Shown here: positions 1 to 8,438 of the stretch, one piece after another | Layout of the letters: every line of letters starts with the position of its first letter | Position numbering within the stretch: the stretch's first letter is position 1 | Assembly (NCBI GenBank): GCA_038065955.1 | Contig: JBBTPY010000001.1 | Span: 1,890-65,889, forward strand | DNA from: Patescibacteria group bacterium | GTDB lineage: Bacteria > Patescibacteriota > Minisyncoccia > UBA6257 > UBA9933 | DNA: 64,000 nt | Direction of reading: 5' to 3' | Position numbers and translations under genes: made by a program | The notes under the pieces: generated by a model | What the model was told of the DNA's origin: nothing | The model's input: only the letters and a program-made list of their open reading frames with translations | Database searches by the model: none

Positions 1-1
1 A

Positions 2-250
2 AAGGCGAAAACTATCGCCACGGGCAAAGGCGCCAAGCCGGAAGGAATAAACGGGATAAACGGAATGAACGGGGTAAAATGGCTCGGCGAAACGCTCAAC
101 GAGCCGGCCTGCGTATTTATTTATGCTAATAAAATAGCGCTGGTATCGGCGGACAAAGAAGGCAGCCCGACTAGCGTCCTAATTGAAAACCCGGCCCTTG
201 CCGCCGTCCAAAAAACGGCATTTGAAAAACTTTGGGAGATGATTAAATAA
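2..250 (+). CDS. hypothetical protein (C-terminal part; ORF runs in from before the window)
   Basis: Open frame 2 from base 2 with no upstream stop; stop at 248-250; strong terminator follows. Confidence 0.35.
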   Translation, partial: KAKTIATGKGAKPEGINGINGMNGVKWLGETLNEPACVFIYANKIALVSADKEGSPTSVLIENPALAAVQKTAFEKLWEMIK

Positions 251-257
251 ACAATAA

Positions 258-294
258 AAAAAGGCGGTTTGTTTTATTAAAACCGCCTTTTACG
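258..294. terminator. rho-independent terminator, probably bidirectional
   Basis: 12-bp stem aaaggcggtttt / aaaaccgccttt with A-run on the left and T-run on the right, between convergent genes. Confidence 0.55.
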
Positions 295-300
295 CGTTTT

Positions 301-522
301 CTATCTTCTCCAGCGGTTTTTGATACTTTGCAAAGCAAAAATTTCTTGTTTGACCTCCTTTTGCTTTCCAAAATTCAGCAGAAAGTTTTTTGTTTGCAGT
401 AATAATAATTTTAGCTTCTTTAAAACAAATATTATTATTACCGCTACCAATGAAATCGTTAAAATCACTATCCAACCAGAAATTAACGTCGCAAAATATC
501 CAGTAAATATCAGCCCGTTCAT
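301..522 (-). CDS. small membrane protein (73 aa)
   Basis: Hydrophobic segment WIVILTISLVAVIIIFVL; near-perfect Shine-Dalgarno AAGGAGGTG 5 nt before the ATG on the minus strand. Confidence 0.55.
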   Translation of the reverse strand: MNGLIFTGYFATLISGWIVILTISLVAVIIIFVLKKLKLLLLQTKNFLLNFGKQKEVKQEIFALQSIKNRWRR

Positions 523-638
523 ATCACACCTCCTTTTATTAAGGTTAATATGACACTTCTTTATTCATTTATTAAATAGCTATTTTAAATATATTAATAT
601 ATTAATCAATTTTTATTAAAAAGTCAATAGCAATATCT

Positions 639-693
639 GTCCTCAATTCTTCCACATATGTGGACATTTTGAGGACAACCACAAATATTGACA
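639..693 (+). promoter_or_regulatory. palindromic operator-like site plus -35-like TTGACA upstream of gene 774
   Basis: gtcctcaa..TCCACATATGTGGA..ttgaggac (14-bp perfect inner palindrome 651-664, 8-bp outer arms) followed by TTGACA at 688-693. Confidence 0.4.
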
Positions 694-773
694 ATTTTTA
701 TAAAAGATATAAACTAACAACTGGTTTTTAATAATTTAATAAGAACGAAAAAATAGAAAAGGAGGGTATTGAA

Positions 774-1562
774 ATGAAAAAAAGGTGGATTTTTACGATT
801 TTGTTGTTTGTTTTGTCAATGTTGTCATTATTAATTTCCGAAGCTTTTTCCAAGGAGAAAGCAGAAAAGAAGGAGGATATTTTTCCGGTTATATCAGTTA
901 TATCAGTGGAAGTTAAAAAAGACGTGTCTGTTAAAGAATTTTACGACACAAACTCGCTGATTCGCTCGCGGATGTTTTATGAGGATTTTTTAAAGCGATT
1001 TGCCAAAGTCAATAATATGGCTGAAGGTGGGCTTGACGTCTTGCCGGTCGGAATATATTTTATTCCGATTGACGGTGTCTTTTTCAAAAACACTAAAACC
1101 GGCATTTATCCGGTGATGACAATTAACGCCGAACCCGGGATGACGCTTGACGAATTTTATAGGACAAATTCTCTTATTAACAGAAAGCTTTCATGGAATT
1201 TTTTCCTTGAACGCTTTGCCGAATTTCAGGAAATTCCGAATAAAGAAACGGAGTTCCGCAAACTTAAACCGGGCGCCTGGTTTGTTCCCATTCCGATGGT
1301 TCAATACTGGACTCAGGAAGGGATAAAATCAGCGGCTGAATTGGGATTTACTCAGGCAAAAGGAGGATTGTATAAAGCGAAGACGAAAATCATAGCGTTG
1401 AAAGAAGCTGTTGGAAAGGTTGAGCCTGTTAAGGAAAAAAGAATAAATCTTGCGACCGCGATAGGGTTAGTAGTGTTGATATTCAGCGTATCTTTTTTAC
1501 TATTCAGAAGTTTTTTCATTAATATTAAAAAGGAAAGAAAATACAATAAGGAGCCTAAATAG
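774..1562 (+). CDS. secreted or membrane-anchored protein with an internally duplicated domain
   Basis: RBS aaaggaggg; N-terminal signal peptide; two copies of EFY(D/R)TNSLI(R/N)...F..F(L)(K/E)RFA; C-terminal TM helix. Confidence 0.6.
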   Translation: MKKRWIFTILLFVLSMLSLLISEAFSKEKAEKKEDIFPVISVISVEVKKDVSVKEFYDTNSLIRSRMFYEDFLKRFAKVNNMAEGGLDVLPVGIYFIPIDGVFFKNTKTGIYPVMTINAEPGMTLDEFYRTNSLINRKLSWNFFLERFAEFQEIPNKETEFRKLKPGAWFVPIPMVQYWTQEGIKSAAELGFTQAKGGLYKAKTKIIALKEAVGKVEPVKEKRINLATAIGLVVLIFSVSFLLFRSFFINIKKERKYNKEPK

Positions 1563-1615
1563 AAAGAAATTTCCAGAAAAAACAAAACTTCGTATATCTG
1601 AAAAGGAGGAATAAA

Positions 1616-2722
1616 ATGAAGAAATTTTTAACAGTATTGATAGTAATAATGATATTTGCGACTAATGCCGTTTTTGCCGGAGGTTTCGGCGAAAACGAAC
1701 ATAAAAAACATGGAAAACAGGAACAAGAGCAGAAACAAGAACAGAATCAGAATCAGAAACAACAACAAAGCGTTGAGGTAATAACCGGAGACGTAAGCGC
1801 TACCGGTGGAAACGCCACTATTGAAAGCGGCGCGGCATCCTCAAATTCTTCCTCTTCAATCGGCGACATTTCTTCGAGCCAATCAGTAAATATTGAATCG
1901 CCGACGGGCGTTCCCTTGATTAATCCTTCGTCCCCGCCCGAAGTTCAACTTTATCAATTATCGGCAACGGCCGTTGAAAAAGGCGTTGATATAACGCTTT
2001 TTTACAACGAAGCATGTAAGCCGGTAAATTCAAAAGAATTTCCGCTTGAAAGCAGAGAAGAAAAAATCAAAAAGATTCAAATTGTATTCACTCCCCATCA
2101 AGATTACTTGATGGAAGAATCAAAAGGCAAAAAATCAGAGGTGAAAGAAGTCAGGACGGAATTGCCGGAAGAAAAAGTGAAATGCCTCGGGGTGTTAAAC
2201 ATTGAGTCAGTCGCCAAAAAGAATATTCCTCTCAGTCAAATTAACGCCGAAGCCGGAAATTACGTTATTTTAAATCTCGGCGGATTTGAAAAGATATATT
2301 TGGTTGATATGAAAAACGCGGTGGCGGCGGCAAGAGGAGTCAATAATTCCGGATTCGGAGCTTTTTTGGCTCCGGGACAATCGTGGCTTCTCGGCTCGGC
2401 GACAGGAGCGATTGGCGGCGGTTTGTCTTACGGCAAAGGGAACGCTTTTAACGCAACCCGGCTGGGAACGACTTTTATCGTATTAGGAAGTGATTCCGAC
2501 GGAATGATTTTTAAACTGCCGGAACCGTCTAAACAAACGAAAGAACCGGAAAAAGCCATTGAAAAACCCTTATCTGAAGAAAAACGCGTTGTTATTGAAA
2601 TAATAACGCCTCAACTTCAACCGGCGCCGCAACCGCAAGTAATATCAGAACCAGAAAAAAAGAAAGAAAAACCGAAAAAGAAAGATATTAGCAGACATTA
2701 TATTATTCCTAATTGGGAATAA
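1616..2722 (+). CDS. secreted low-complexity protein (Q/E/N-rich, G/S-rich)
   Basis: RBS aaaaggagga; signal peptide MKKFLTVLIVIMIFATNAVFA; QEQEQKQEQNQNQKQQQ tract. Confidence 0.55.
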   Translation: MKKFLTVLIVIMIFATNAVFAGGFGENEHKKHGKQEQEQKQEQNQNQKQQQSVEVITGDVSATGGNATIESGAASSNSSSSIGDISSSQSVNIESPTGVPLINPSSPPEVQLYQLSATAVEKGVDITLFYNEACKPVNSKEFPLESREEKIKKIQIVFTPHQDYLMEESKGKKSEVKEVRTELPEEKVKCLGVLNIESVAKKNIPLSQINAEAGNYVILNLGGFEKIYLVDMKNAVAAARGVNNSGFGAFLAPGQSWLLGSATGAIGGGLSYGKGNAFNATRLGTTFIVLGSDSDGMIFKLPEPSKQTKEPEKAIEKPLSEEKRVVIEIITPQLQPAPQPQVISEPEKKKEKPKKKDISRHYIIPNWE

Positions 2723-2754
2723 TATATAAAATTATTTTACAACCCTTGTTCGAT

Positions 2755-3285
2755 TTATCGGACAAGGGATTTTTTTATCATTTCTCCGAATTTTTCCGCC
2801 GCTTTCGGCCCGTTGGCGGTGATTATGTTATTGTCTTTAACAACACTTTCATCAACAAATTCCGCTTTATTGTTTCTTAAAATTTCAACCGCGCTTTTAT
2901 CTGAAACGGAATGCCAGACTGTTGCCTTGCGGTTTTCCAAAACTCCGGCTTTCGCCAAGATTGCCGGCGCGATACAAATCGCCGCCAATAATTTTTTCTT
3001 GGCCGAAACTTCACGCGCCAAACGATAACTTTTTTCGTTGTCCAGATTTTCCAAAGCGCCGGGACCGCCGACAAAAACAACGGCGTCAAAATTTTCAACA
3101 TCAACGTCAATAATATCAATGTCTATTTTAACTTCTCTTCCGTCCGCGCCGAAAGCAGATTCGCCGACTTTTCCGTTGCTCGCGGTCTTTATTTTATGGC
3201 CGGCTTTTTCCAGAATTTCTTTCGGCGCAAAATATTCAACATCCCGAAAATCTTTTTTTGCGATTACAAACAAAACCTTTGCCAT
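2755..3285 (-). CDS. DJ-1/PfpI family protein
   Basis: VVFVGGPGA and nucleophile-elbow-like AAICIAPAILA motifs typical of the DJ-1/PfpI fold. Confidence 0.7.
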   Translation of the reverse strand: MAKVLFVIAKKDFRDVEYFAPKEILEKAGHKIKTASNGKVGESAFGADGREVKIDIDIIDVDVENFDAVVFVGGPGALENLDNEKSYRLAREVSAKKKLLAAICIAPAILAKAGVLENRKATVWHSVSDKSAVEILRNNKAEFVDESVVKDNNIITANGPKAAEKFGEMIKKSLVR

Positions 3286-3298
3286 TGGATTTAAATCC

Positions 3299-3383
3299 TA
3301 TCAATTTCGGTTATTTCAACGATAGTTGAAATAACCGAAATTGACTGAAACATTATGAAACATTAAATATTCTTCTATAAAAT
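3299..3383 (+). repeat. intergenic palindromic repeat element, copy A
   Basis: 42-bp palindrome caatttcggttatttcaacgatAgttgaaataaccgaaattg (one centre mismatch) plus conserved tail TTGACTgaaacatta..aaatattcttcTATAAAATT; between divergent DJ-1 and MBL genes. Confidence 0.8.
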
Positions 3384-3404
3384 TATATAATAATATGTGA
3401 AAAC

Positions 3405-4031
3405 ATGAAAATTGAAATTTTACAACTTGGACAATTACAAACAAATTGTTATATCGCCCATTGCGGCGGCGAGGCGATTATTATTGACCCGGCCGATGAA
3501 GCGGAATTTATCGCGGAAAAAATCCAGCGGCTCAATCTCAAACCGTCGGCGATTCTGGCGACCCACGGCCATTTTGACCACATTCTGGCGGCCGGCGAAC
3601 TACAAATGCTCTTAAATATCCCTTTTTATATTCATCCGGCCGACGAATTTCTGCTTAAAGAAATGAACTCTTCGGCGAGTTTTTGGCTGAAAAATAAATT
3701 TAATTATCCCCTGCCGCGAGCTATTGAATTTATTAAAAAAGAATTTTCTATAAAATTCGGGGGTTGCCGATTAAAAGTTATAGAAACTCCCGGACACACG
3801 CCGGGGTCAGTGTGTTTTTTAAGCGAAGACGTTATTTTCAGCGGCGACACTTTATTTAAAAACGGCGTCGGCAGAACCGATTTTTCTTATTCCGACAAAA
3901 CTCAACTCGAAAAATCATTGGAAAAAATTTTCCGCCTGCCTGCCGGTAGGCACGGCCTACCGGCGGAAACTATTATCTACTCCGGCCACGGCGAAGAAAC
4001 CACGATTAAAGACGAAAAAATTCATAAATAA
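3405..4031 (+). CDS. MBL-fold metallo-hydrolase (glyoxalase II-like)
   Basis: THGHFDH metal-binding motif, GHTPGS, overall beta-lactamase fold pattern. Confidence 0.75.
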   Translation: MKIEILQLGQLQTNCYIAHCGGEAIIIDPADEAEFIAEKIQRLNLKPSAILATHGHFDHILAAGELQMLLNIPFYIHPADEFLLKEMNSSASFWLKNKFNYPLPRAIEFIKKEFSIKFGGCRLKVIETPGHTPGSVCFLSEDVIFSGDTLFKNGVGRTDFSYSDKTQLEKSLEKIFRLPAGRHGLPAETIIYSGHGEETTIKDEKIHK

Positions 4032-4510
4032 AATCTCAATTTACGGCGGGACCAATAAGAGCCGGCGTAATCCACTCCAATTCTTTTGGCAGATTTTATT
4101 TTAGATAGTTTTATTTTCACTCCCCTGTCTTCAATCCAAAGACCGGTTTTTTTATTGGCCGATTTTCCGTTGAATTTTCCGTCAATTTTAAGATATTTTG
4201 TAATCCGAGCCGGACCGCTAATTTTATCCGTTCCCCTGATTAAAACAGCGGCCGGATAATTTTCCGGCCCGACTACGAGATTGAGCATCCAATGCATTCC
4301 GTAAGTGAAATAAACATACCAATTCCCTGCTTTATCGAACATTATTTTATTTTTTTCAGTTATGCCCCGAGAAGCATGCGAGGCCTTATCGGAAAATCCG
4401 TCATAAACTTCAACTTCGGCAATCATTAAGGCAATTTCTTTTTCCCCGATTCGTCGAACTAAAAACTTACCCAATAAATTTTTGGCAATATCAACAGCGC
4501 GCTTTTTCAT
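4022..4510 (-). CDS. DNA-3-methyladenine glycosylase (MPG/AAG family)
   Basis: YFTYGMHWMLN and AAVLIRG motifs characteristic of the AAG/Mpg family; ATGA overlap with the upstream gene. Confidence 0.7.
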   Translation of the reverse strand: MKKRAVDIAKNLLGKFLVRRIGEKEIALMIAEVEVYDGFSDKASHASRGITEKNKIMFDKAGNWYVYFTYGMHWMLNLVVGPENYPAAVLIRGTDKISGPARITKYLKIDGKFNGKSANKKTGLWIEDRGVKIKLSKIKSAKRIGVDYAGSYWSRRKLRFYL

Positions 4511-5265
4511 GCCTCAAGTTCTTTCGCGGCGTTTCTGTAAGAACAAAAATCGCATTCCAAAGAAGATTCCGGCAAAGCGTCTTGCGCCAAGCAATTATAA
4601 GCGTCTGTTATCGCCTGTTCCACCCAGGTATTATTTCCTTCATAAGGCAATATCTTTATATTAAATTCCAATTTCCCGTCAAAAGCCTCTTTATCCGCGT
4701 CGCCGTTGCAATAAACGAAATATCCGACATTGTTTACCTTAAACCCGTTTTTTCGAAAAAGCCATTGATAAATTTCCATCTGCCTTTTATATCCTATCTG
4801 CCAGTCGGCATCCAAACTGACTTCTTCGCTTTTTGAAGTCGCCTTATAATCAACAATACTTAATTCTCCGTCTGCGGGATTAACCCAAACATCGTCAATT
4901 CCTCCTGTAATAAGCAAATTGGTTTTCGGATGTAGATATTGAATGCCGCCGCCGAGCGCGTCGCGCCACTCGTTAATTTTTTCATGCTGAAAAGGAATCA
5001 AATCCAAACCGTACGCTTTCATTAAAGGATGAGCCGTTTTGCCGGAGCGATGAATGTCAAATTCTTTTTTCAATAATTTATCAACGGCGGAATTAAGACT
5101 GAAAGGATATCCCGGCGGCTGGGAAACGCCAAGCCGCCTGTCCAGATAAAAACAACGAGGGCAATTTAAAAATAAATCGATTTTACTCCGGCTCAACCTA
5201 TATGGGATTTTTGAATCCGGCTCAAAAAGATTTCGTTTTCTTTGTGGATTATAAAATTTGGACAT
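4507..5265 (-). CDS. PD-(D/E)XK nuclease superfamily protein (Cas4/RecB-like)
   Basis: N-terminal LNCPRCFYL, central IVDYKAT, C-terminal CDFCSYR cysteines. Pattern matches Cas4/AddB-type nuclease domains. Confidence 0.55.
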   Translation of the reverse strand: MSKFYNPQRKRNLFEPDSKIPYRLSRSKIDLFLNCPRCFYLDRRLGVSQPPGYPFSLNSAVDKLLKKEFDIHRSGKTAHPLMKAYGLDLIPFQHEKINEWRDALGGGIQYLHPKTNLLITGGIDDVWVNPADGELSIVDYKATSKSEEVSLDADWQIGYKRQMEIYQWLFRKNGFKVNNVGYFVYCNGDADKEAFDGKLEFNIKILPYEGNNTWVEQAITDAYNCLAQDALPESSLECDFCSYRNAAKELEA

Positions 5266-5267
5266 TT

Positions 5268-5720
5268 TTAATTTATTTGTAAGAGCTCAACTTCAAAAAT
5301 CAGAGTCGCTTTCGGAGGAATGGCTCCGGGGATGCCGTTTTCTCCATAGGCCAAATTATAAGGAATCGTCAGTTTTCTTTTCTCGCCGATTTTCATTCCC
5401 AAGACGCCTAAATCCCATCCTTTAATCACTTGTCCCGAACCAAGAATAAATTCAAATGGCTGGCCGCGGTCAACGCTGGAATCAAACTTTTTACCATCTT
5501 CAAGCCAGCCGGTGTAATGAACCGAAACCTTATCACCCGCTTTCGCCTCATTCCCTTCTCCTGTTTTCAAAATTTCAATAATCGATTGATTGTCTTGATT
5601 TTGAACGGCTTGATTTTCATTTTTTGAAACGTCAGACATATTAAAATAATTCTGCCCGTAATAAGCGGCTACTAAAACAACTGCCACGGCAAAAATTGCT
5701 AATAAAATATTTTTATCCAT
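5268..5720 (-). CDS. FKBP-type peptidyl-prolyl cis-trans isomerase with N-terminal membrane anchor
   Basis: [54 protein letters not shown]. Confidence 0.85.
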   Translation of the reverse strand: MDKNILLAIFAVAVVLVAAYYGQNYFNMSDVSKNENQAVQNQDNQSIIEILKTGEGNEAKAGDKVSVHYTGWLEDGKKFDSSVDRGQPFEFILGSGQVIKGWDLGVLGMKIGEKRKLTIPYNLAYGENGIPGAIPPKATLIFEVELLQIN

Positions 5721-5770
5721 AATTAAAATAATATCATTTTCTTATAATACCTCAAATACTTTCTGTACGG

Positions 5771-6421
5771 TTAATCGCGTTCTAATTTAATTTTGTGAAA
5801 CGCGTAAAACATAATCGCGAGAATCATAAAACCAAGAAGTGCTAAGCCGGAAAAAAGCAAAATGTCCCGCGTTATAAACGCCTCGCTGGCATACACGACG
5901 ATAATGACAAACGGCAACTCCGTCGCCAGGCTGGCGAAAAAATATTTCCAAAAATCATAACGGATAATTCCCAAAACATAACCGGGAATTTCGGCGGGCA
6001 TTGCCATTCTGAAAAGCAAAATAAACCAAAACTCCGATTTTTTTGAAATGCGACTTTTATAATAATCAATTTTATCAAACGGCAAAAATTGTTTGGCTAC
6101 CGGATAACCGGCGTAATAGCCGATAAAATAAGTAATGACATATCCGATTAACCAGCCGATAAGAAGAAAAACGGAGGTTAAAGCGATTCCCCAGACCATA
6201 ATCGCTGCCGGCACGAGCGGAACGCTGGAAAAAGGCGAAAACATCGCCGAAACGGCCGCTAAACTGATAAAAATCGCCATTCCCCATAATGGATGCTCTT
6301 CAATATATCCGATAATTAAGAACGAAAAATCGTAAAAAATTTCCTGTAAAAAATCCGAATACCAAAATAAGCCGGTAATTGCCGCCACTAAAAACAAAAT
6401 GTATAAATATTTTGTATTCAA
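5771..6421 (-). CDS. DedA/VTT-family membrane protein
   Basis: Polytopic membrane protein with a VTT-like core (PAEIPGYVLGIIRY). Confidence 0.5.
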   Translation of the reverse strand: MNTKYLYILFLVAAITGLFWYSDFLQEIFYDFSFLIIGYIEEHPLWGMAIFISLAAVSAMFSPFSSVPLVPAAIMVWGIALTSVFLLIGWLIGYVITYFIGYYAGYPVAKQFLPFDKIDYYKSRISKKSEFWFILLFRMAMPAEIPGYVLGIIRYDFWKYFFASLATELPFVIIVVYASEAFITRDILLFSGLALLGFMILAIMFYAFHKIKLERD

Positions 6422-6427
6422 TTTATC

Positions 6428-6901
6428 TTATTTTAATCCGTGTTCGTTGAAAAATTTCGTGTATTTTTTATCCACTTCAAGTATATGATGAGAAAGCCAG
6501 TTGCCGGAATAAGAAGCGATTTCTTCAACTAATTTTTTAACGTCGGCTTCTTCGTTTCTGGCGCTGTTAAGATATTTTTTAATCATTTCCCGATATTTAT
6601 TGTGGTTGTCAATATGAAGAACGGCGTCCGGATATTTAAATGCGTCAAAATATTCTTCTTCGGTTCCAAGATGATACATGGCGTAATTTCCGAGTTCATT
6701 GACAAGGGAGAATAATTCTTCTTTTGTTGATTTTTCTTTATCCGCGAGAGCGAATATTTTATTGACGATTTCAAAAAAATGCCTGTGTTGTTCATCAATT
6801 ATTTGTATTCCCACGCCATATTCATCCGTCCAAATAAATTTATTGTTCATATAAAAATAATTTAGCATCTCCGACCTTTTTATTTTATTTAATTTTAACA
6901 A
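6428..6901 (-). CDS. hemerythrin-like metal-binding protein (bacteriohemerythrin)
   Basis: IDEQHRHFF, H..G.EEEYF, H.D.H.KY, H and H motifs in the correct order. The true start may be the internal Met at MNNKFIW. Confidence 0.7.
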   Translation of the reverse strand: MLKLNKIKRSEMLNYFYMNNKFIWTDEYGVGIQIIDEQHRHFFEIVNKIFALADKEKSTKEELFSLVNELGNYAMYHLGTEEEYFDAFKYPDAVLHIDNHNKYREMIKKYLNSARNEEADVKKLVEEIASYSGNWLSHHILEVDKKYTKFFNEHGLK

Positions 6902-6963
6902 ATCCAGCGGTTTCTTACAATTTTAGATATTTCTTCATTTTTATTATATCAGTAAAATTAAAA

Positions 6964-6999
6964 ACAAAAAAACCGCCCTTGATAAAAGGACGGTTTTTA
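6964..6999 (-). terminator. rho-independent terminator of csp
   Basis: Hairpin aaccgccctt..aaggacggtt followed by a U-run on the minus transcript. Confidence 0.6.
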
Positions 7000-7010
7000 T
7001 TTCGCAACGC

Positions 7011-7208
7011 TTACGCGAGCGATACATTTGTGGCGGCCTGGCCTTTTTCGCCATTAACGACTTCAAAAACGACGGCATCGCCAACTTTTAATTCGTCAAA
7101 TGTCACGCCGCTTAATTCTTTAGAATGAAAGAAAATGTCTTTTGTTTCGCCTTCGCGAGAAATAAATCCAAATCCTCTATCCGTAAGAGTTTTAATTGTT
7201 CCGTTCAT
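7011..7208 (-). CDS. cspA: cold-shock protein (CspA family)
   Basis: GTIKTLTDRGFGFI (RNP1) and VFFH (RNP2) motifs; 65 aa. Confidence 0.9.
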   Translation of the reverse strand: MNGTIKTLTDRGFGFISREGETKDIFFHSKELSGVTFDELKVGDAVVFEVVNGEKGQAATNVSLA

Positions 7209-7300
7209 GTGATTATTTTAAAATTATTTTTTCCAGAAACTCGACAGCGTCTCTTGGTATGATTATATTTTTCTATCATATCATAAAAATAATATCTTTG

Positions 7301-8428
7301 TCAAATTAAATATTTTTTGTTTATTAATTTTTCCGGCAAGAAATTGTCTTTGGAATATTTTTCATATCCTTTGCCATAATTTAATTCTTTCATCAGTTTA
7401 GTTTCGGGATTCCGCAATTTCAAAGGAATTGGCAGATTTCCGAATTTTTTAACGTCTTCCATTGCCTTTATGTAAGCTTCGTAAGCTCCTCTGTCTTTTT
7501 TGCATTGAGAAAGATAAGCTACGCCATGAGCCAGATTGATAGCGGCCTCAGGCAACCCTACCGTTTCCACTGCCCTAAAAACATCATTTGCCACCATAAG
7601 GGCCGCCGGTTGCGCCAGACCGATATCTTCACTGGCAAAAATAACCATTCTTCTGGCTATAAATTTTGGGTCTTCGCCGGCGTCAACCATCCGAGCTAAA
7701 TAATACAAAGCGGCGTCCGGCTGGCTCGTCCGCATACTCTTGATAAAAGCCGAGATAACGTTGTAATGCTCCCCTCCTTTTTTATCATAACGTAAAAATT
7801 TTGACTGGAGAGTATTTTTTAATGTTTCAACTGTAATCTTCCCGTAAAGATTTTGAGCATTTTCAAGAACCGTAATCGCCTGCCTCGCGTCGCCGTTAGC
7901 CATGTTAACAAGCCAATCCTCCGCCTCTTTGTCCATTTTCAATCCGGTTCTTTTAATGATGGCCTTTATCTCGTTTTCCGAAAGCTCGTTTAAAACGAAA
8001 ACGCGGCATCGCGAAAGAAGAGGCGAAATAACCTCAAAGCTGGGGTTTTCCGTGGTGGCTCCGATTAAAATTATTTCCCCTTTTTCAACGTAAGGAAGCA
8101 GAAAATCCTGTTGAGCTTTGTTAAAGCGATGAATCTCGTCCAAAAATAAAACCTTGGGAACTCTTTCCGAATCTTCTTCTAATATCTTTTTAATATCCGC
8201 TTTTCCGGCCGAAACCGCGGACAATTCATAAATTTTCGCGTTCAGGCTGTTGGCATATATTTTAGCCAAGGTCGTTTTACCGCTTCCCGGCGGCCCCCAC
8301 AAAATAAACGAAAACATATGTTTTTGTTTAATGGCGATATTTAAAGGTTTCTCATCGCCAACTAAGTGTTCTTGACCGATAAAGTCTTTTAAATCCCGCG
8401 GTCTGATTTTAGAAGCAAGCGGTTCCAT
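7301..8428 (-). CDS. rarA: replication-associated recombination protein A (AAA+ ATPase RarA/MgsA)
   Basis: Walker A GPPGSGKTT, LFLDEIHR, conserved C-terminal MgsA region. Start moved to the internal Met (MEPLASKIRP) to avoid overlap with the upstream gene. Confidence 0.8.
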   Translation of the reverse strand: MEPLASKIRPRDLKDFIGQEHLVGDEKPLNIAIKQKHMFSFILWGPPGSGKTTLAKIYANSLNAKIYELSAVSAGKADIKKILEEDSERVPKVLFLDEIHRFNKAQQDFLLPYVEKGEIILIGATTENPSFEVISPLLSRCRVFVLNELSENEIKAIIKRTGLKMDKEAEDWLVNMANGDARQAITVLENAQNLYGKITVETLKNTLQSKFLRYDKKGGEHYNVISAFIKSMRTSQPDAALYYLARMVDAGEDPKFIARRMVIFASEDIGLAQPAALMVANDVFRAVETVGLPEAAINLAHGVAYLSQCKKDRGAYEAYIKAMEDVKKFGNLPIPLKLRNPETKLMKELNYGKGYEKYSKDNFLPEKLINKKYLI

Positions 8429-8438
8429 ATAAAAACAA

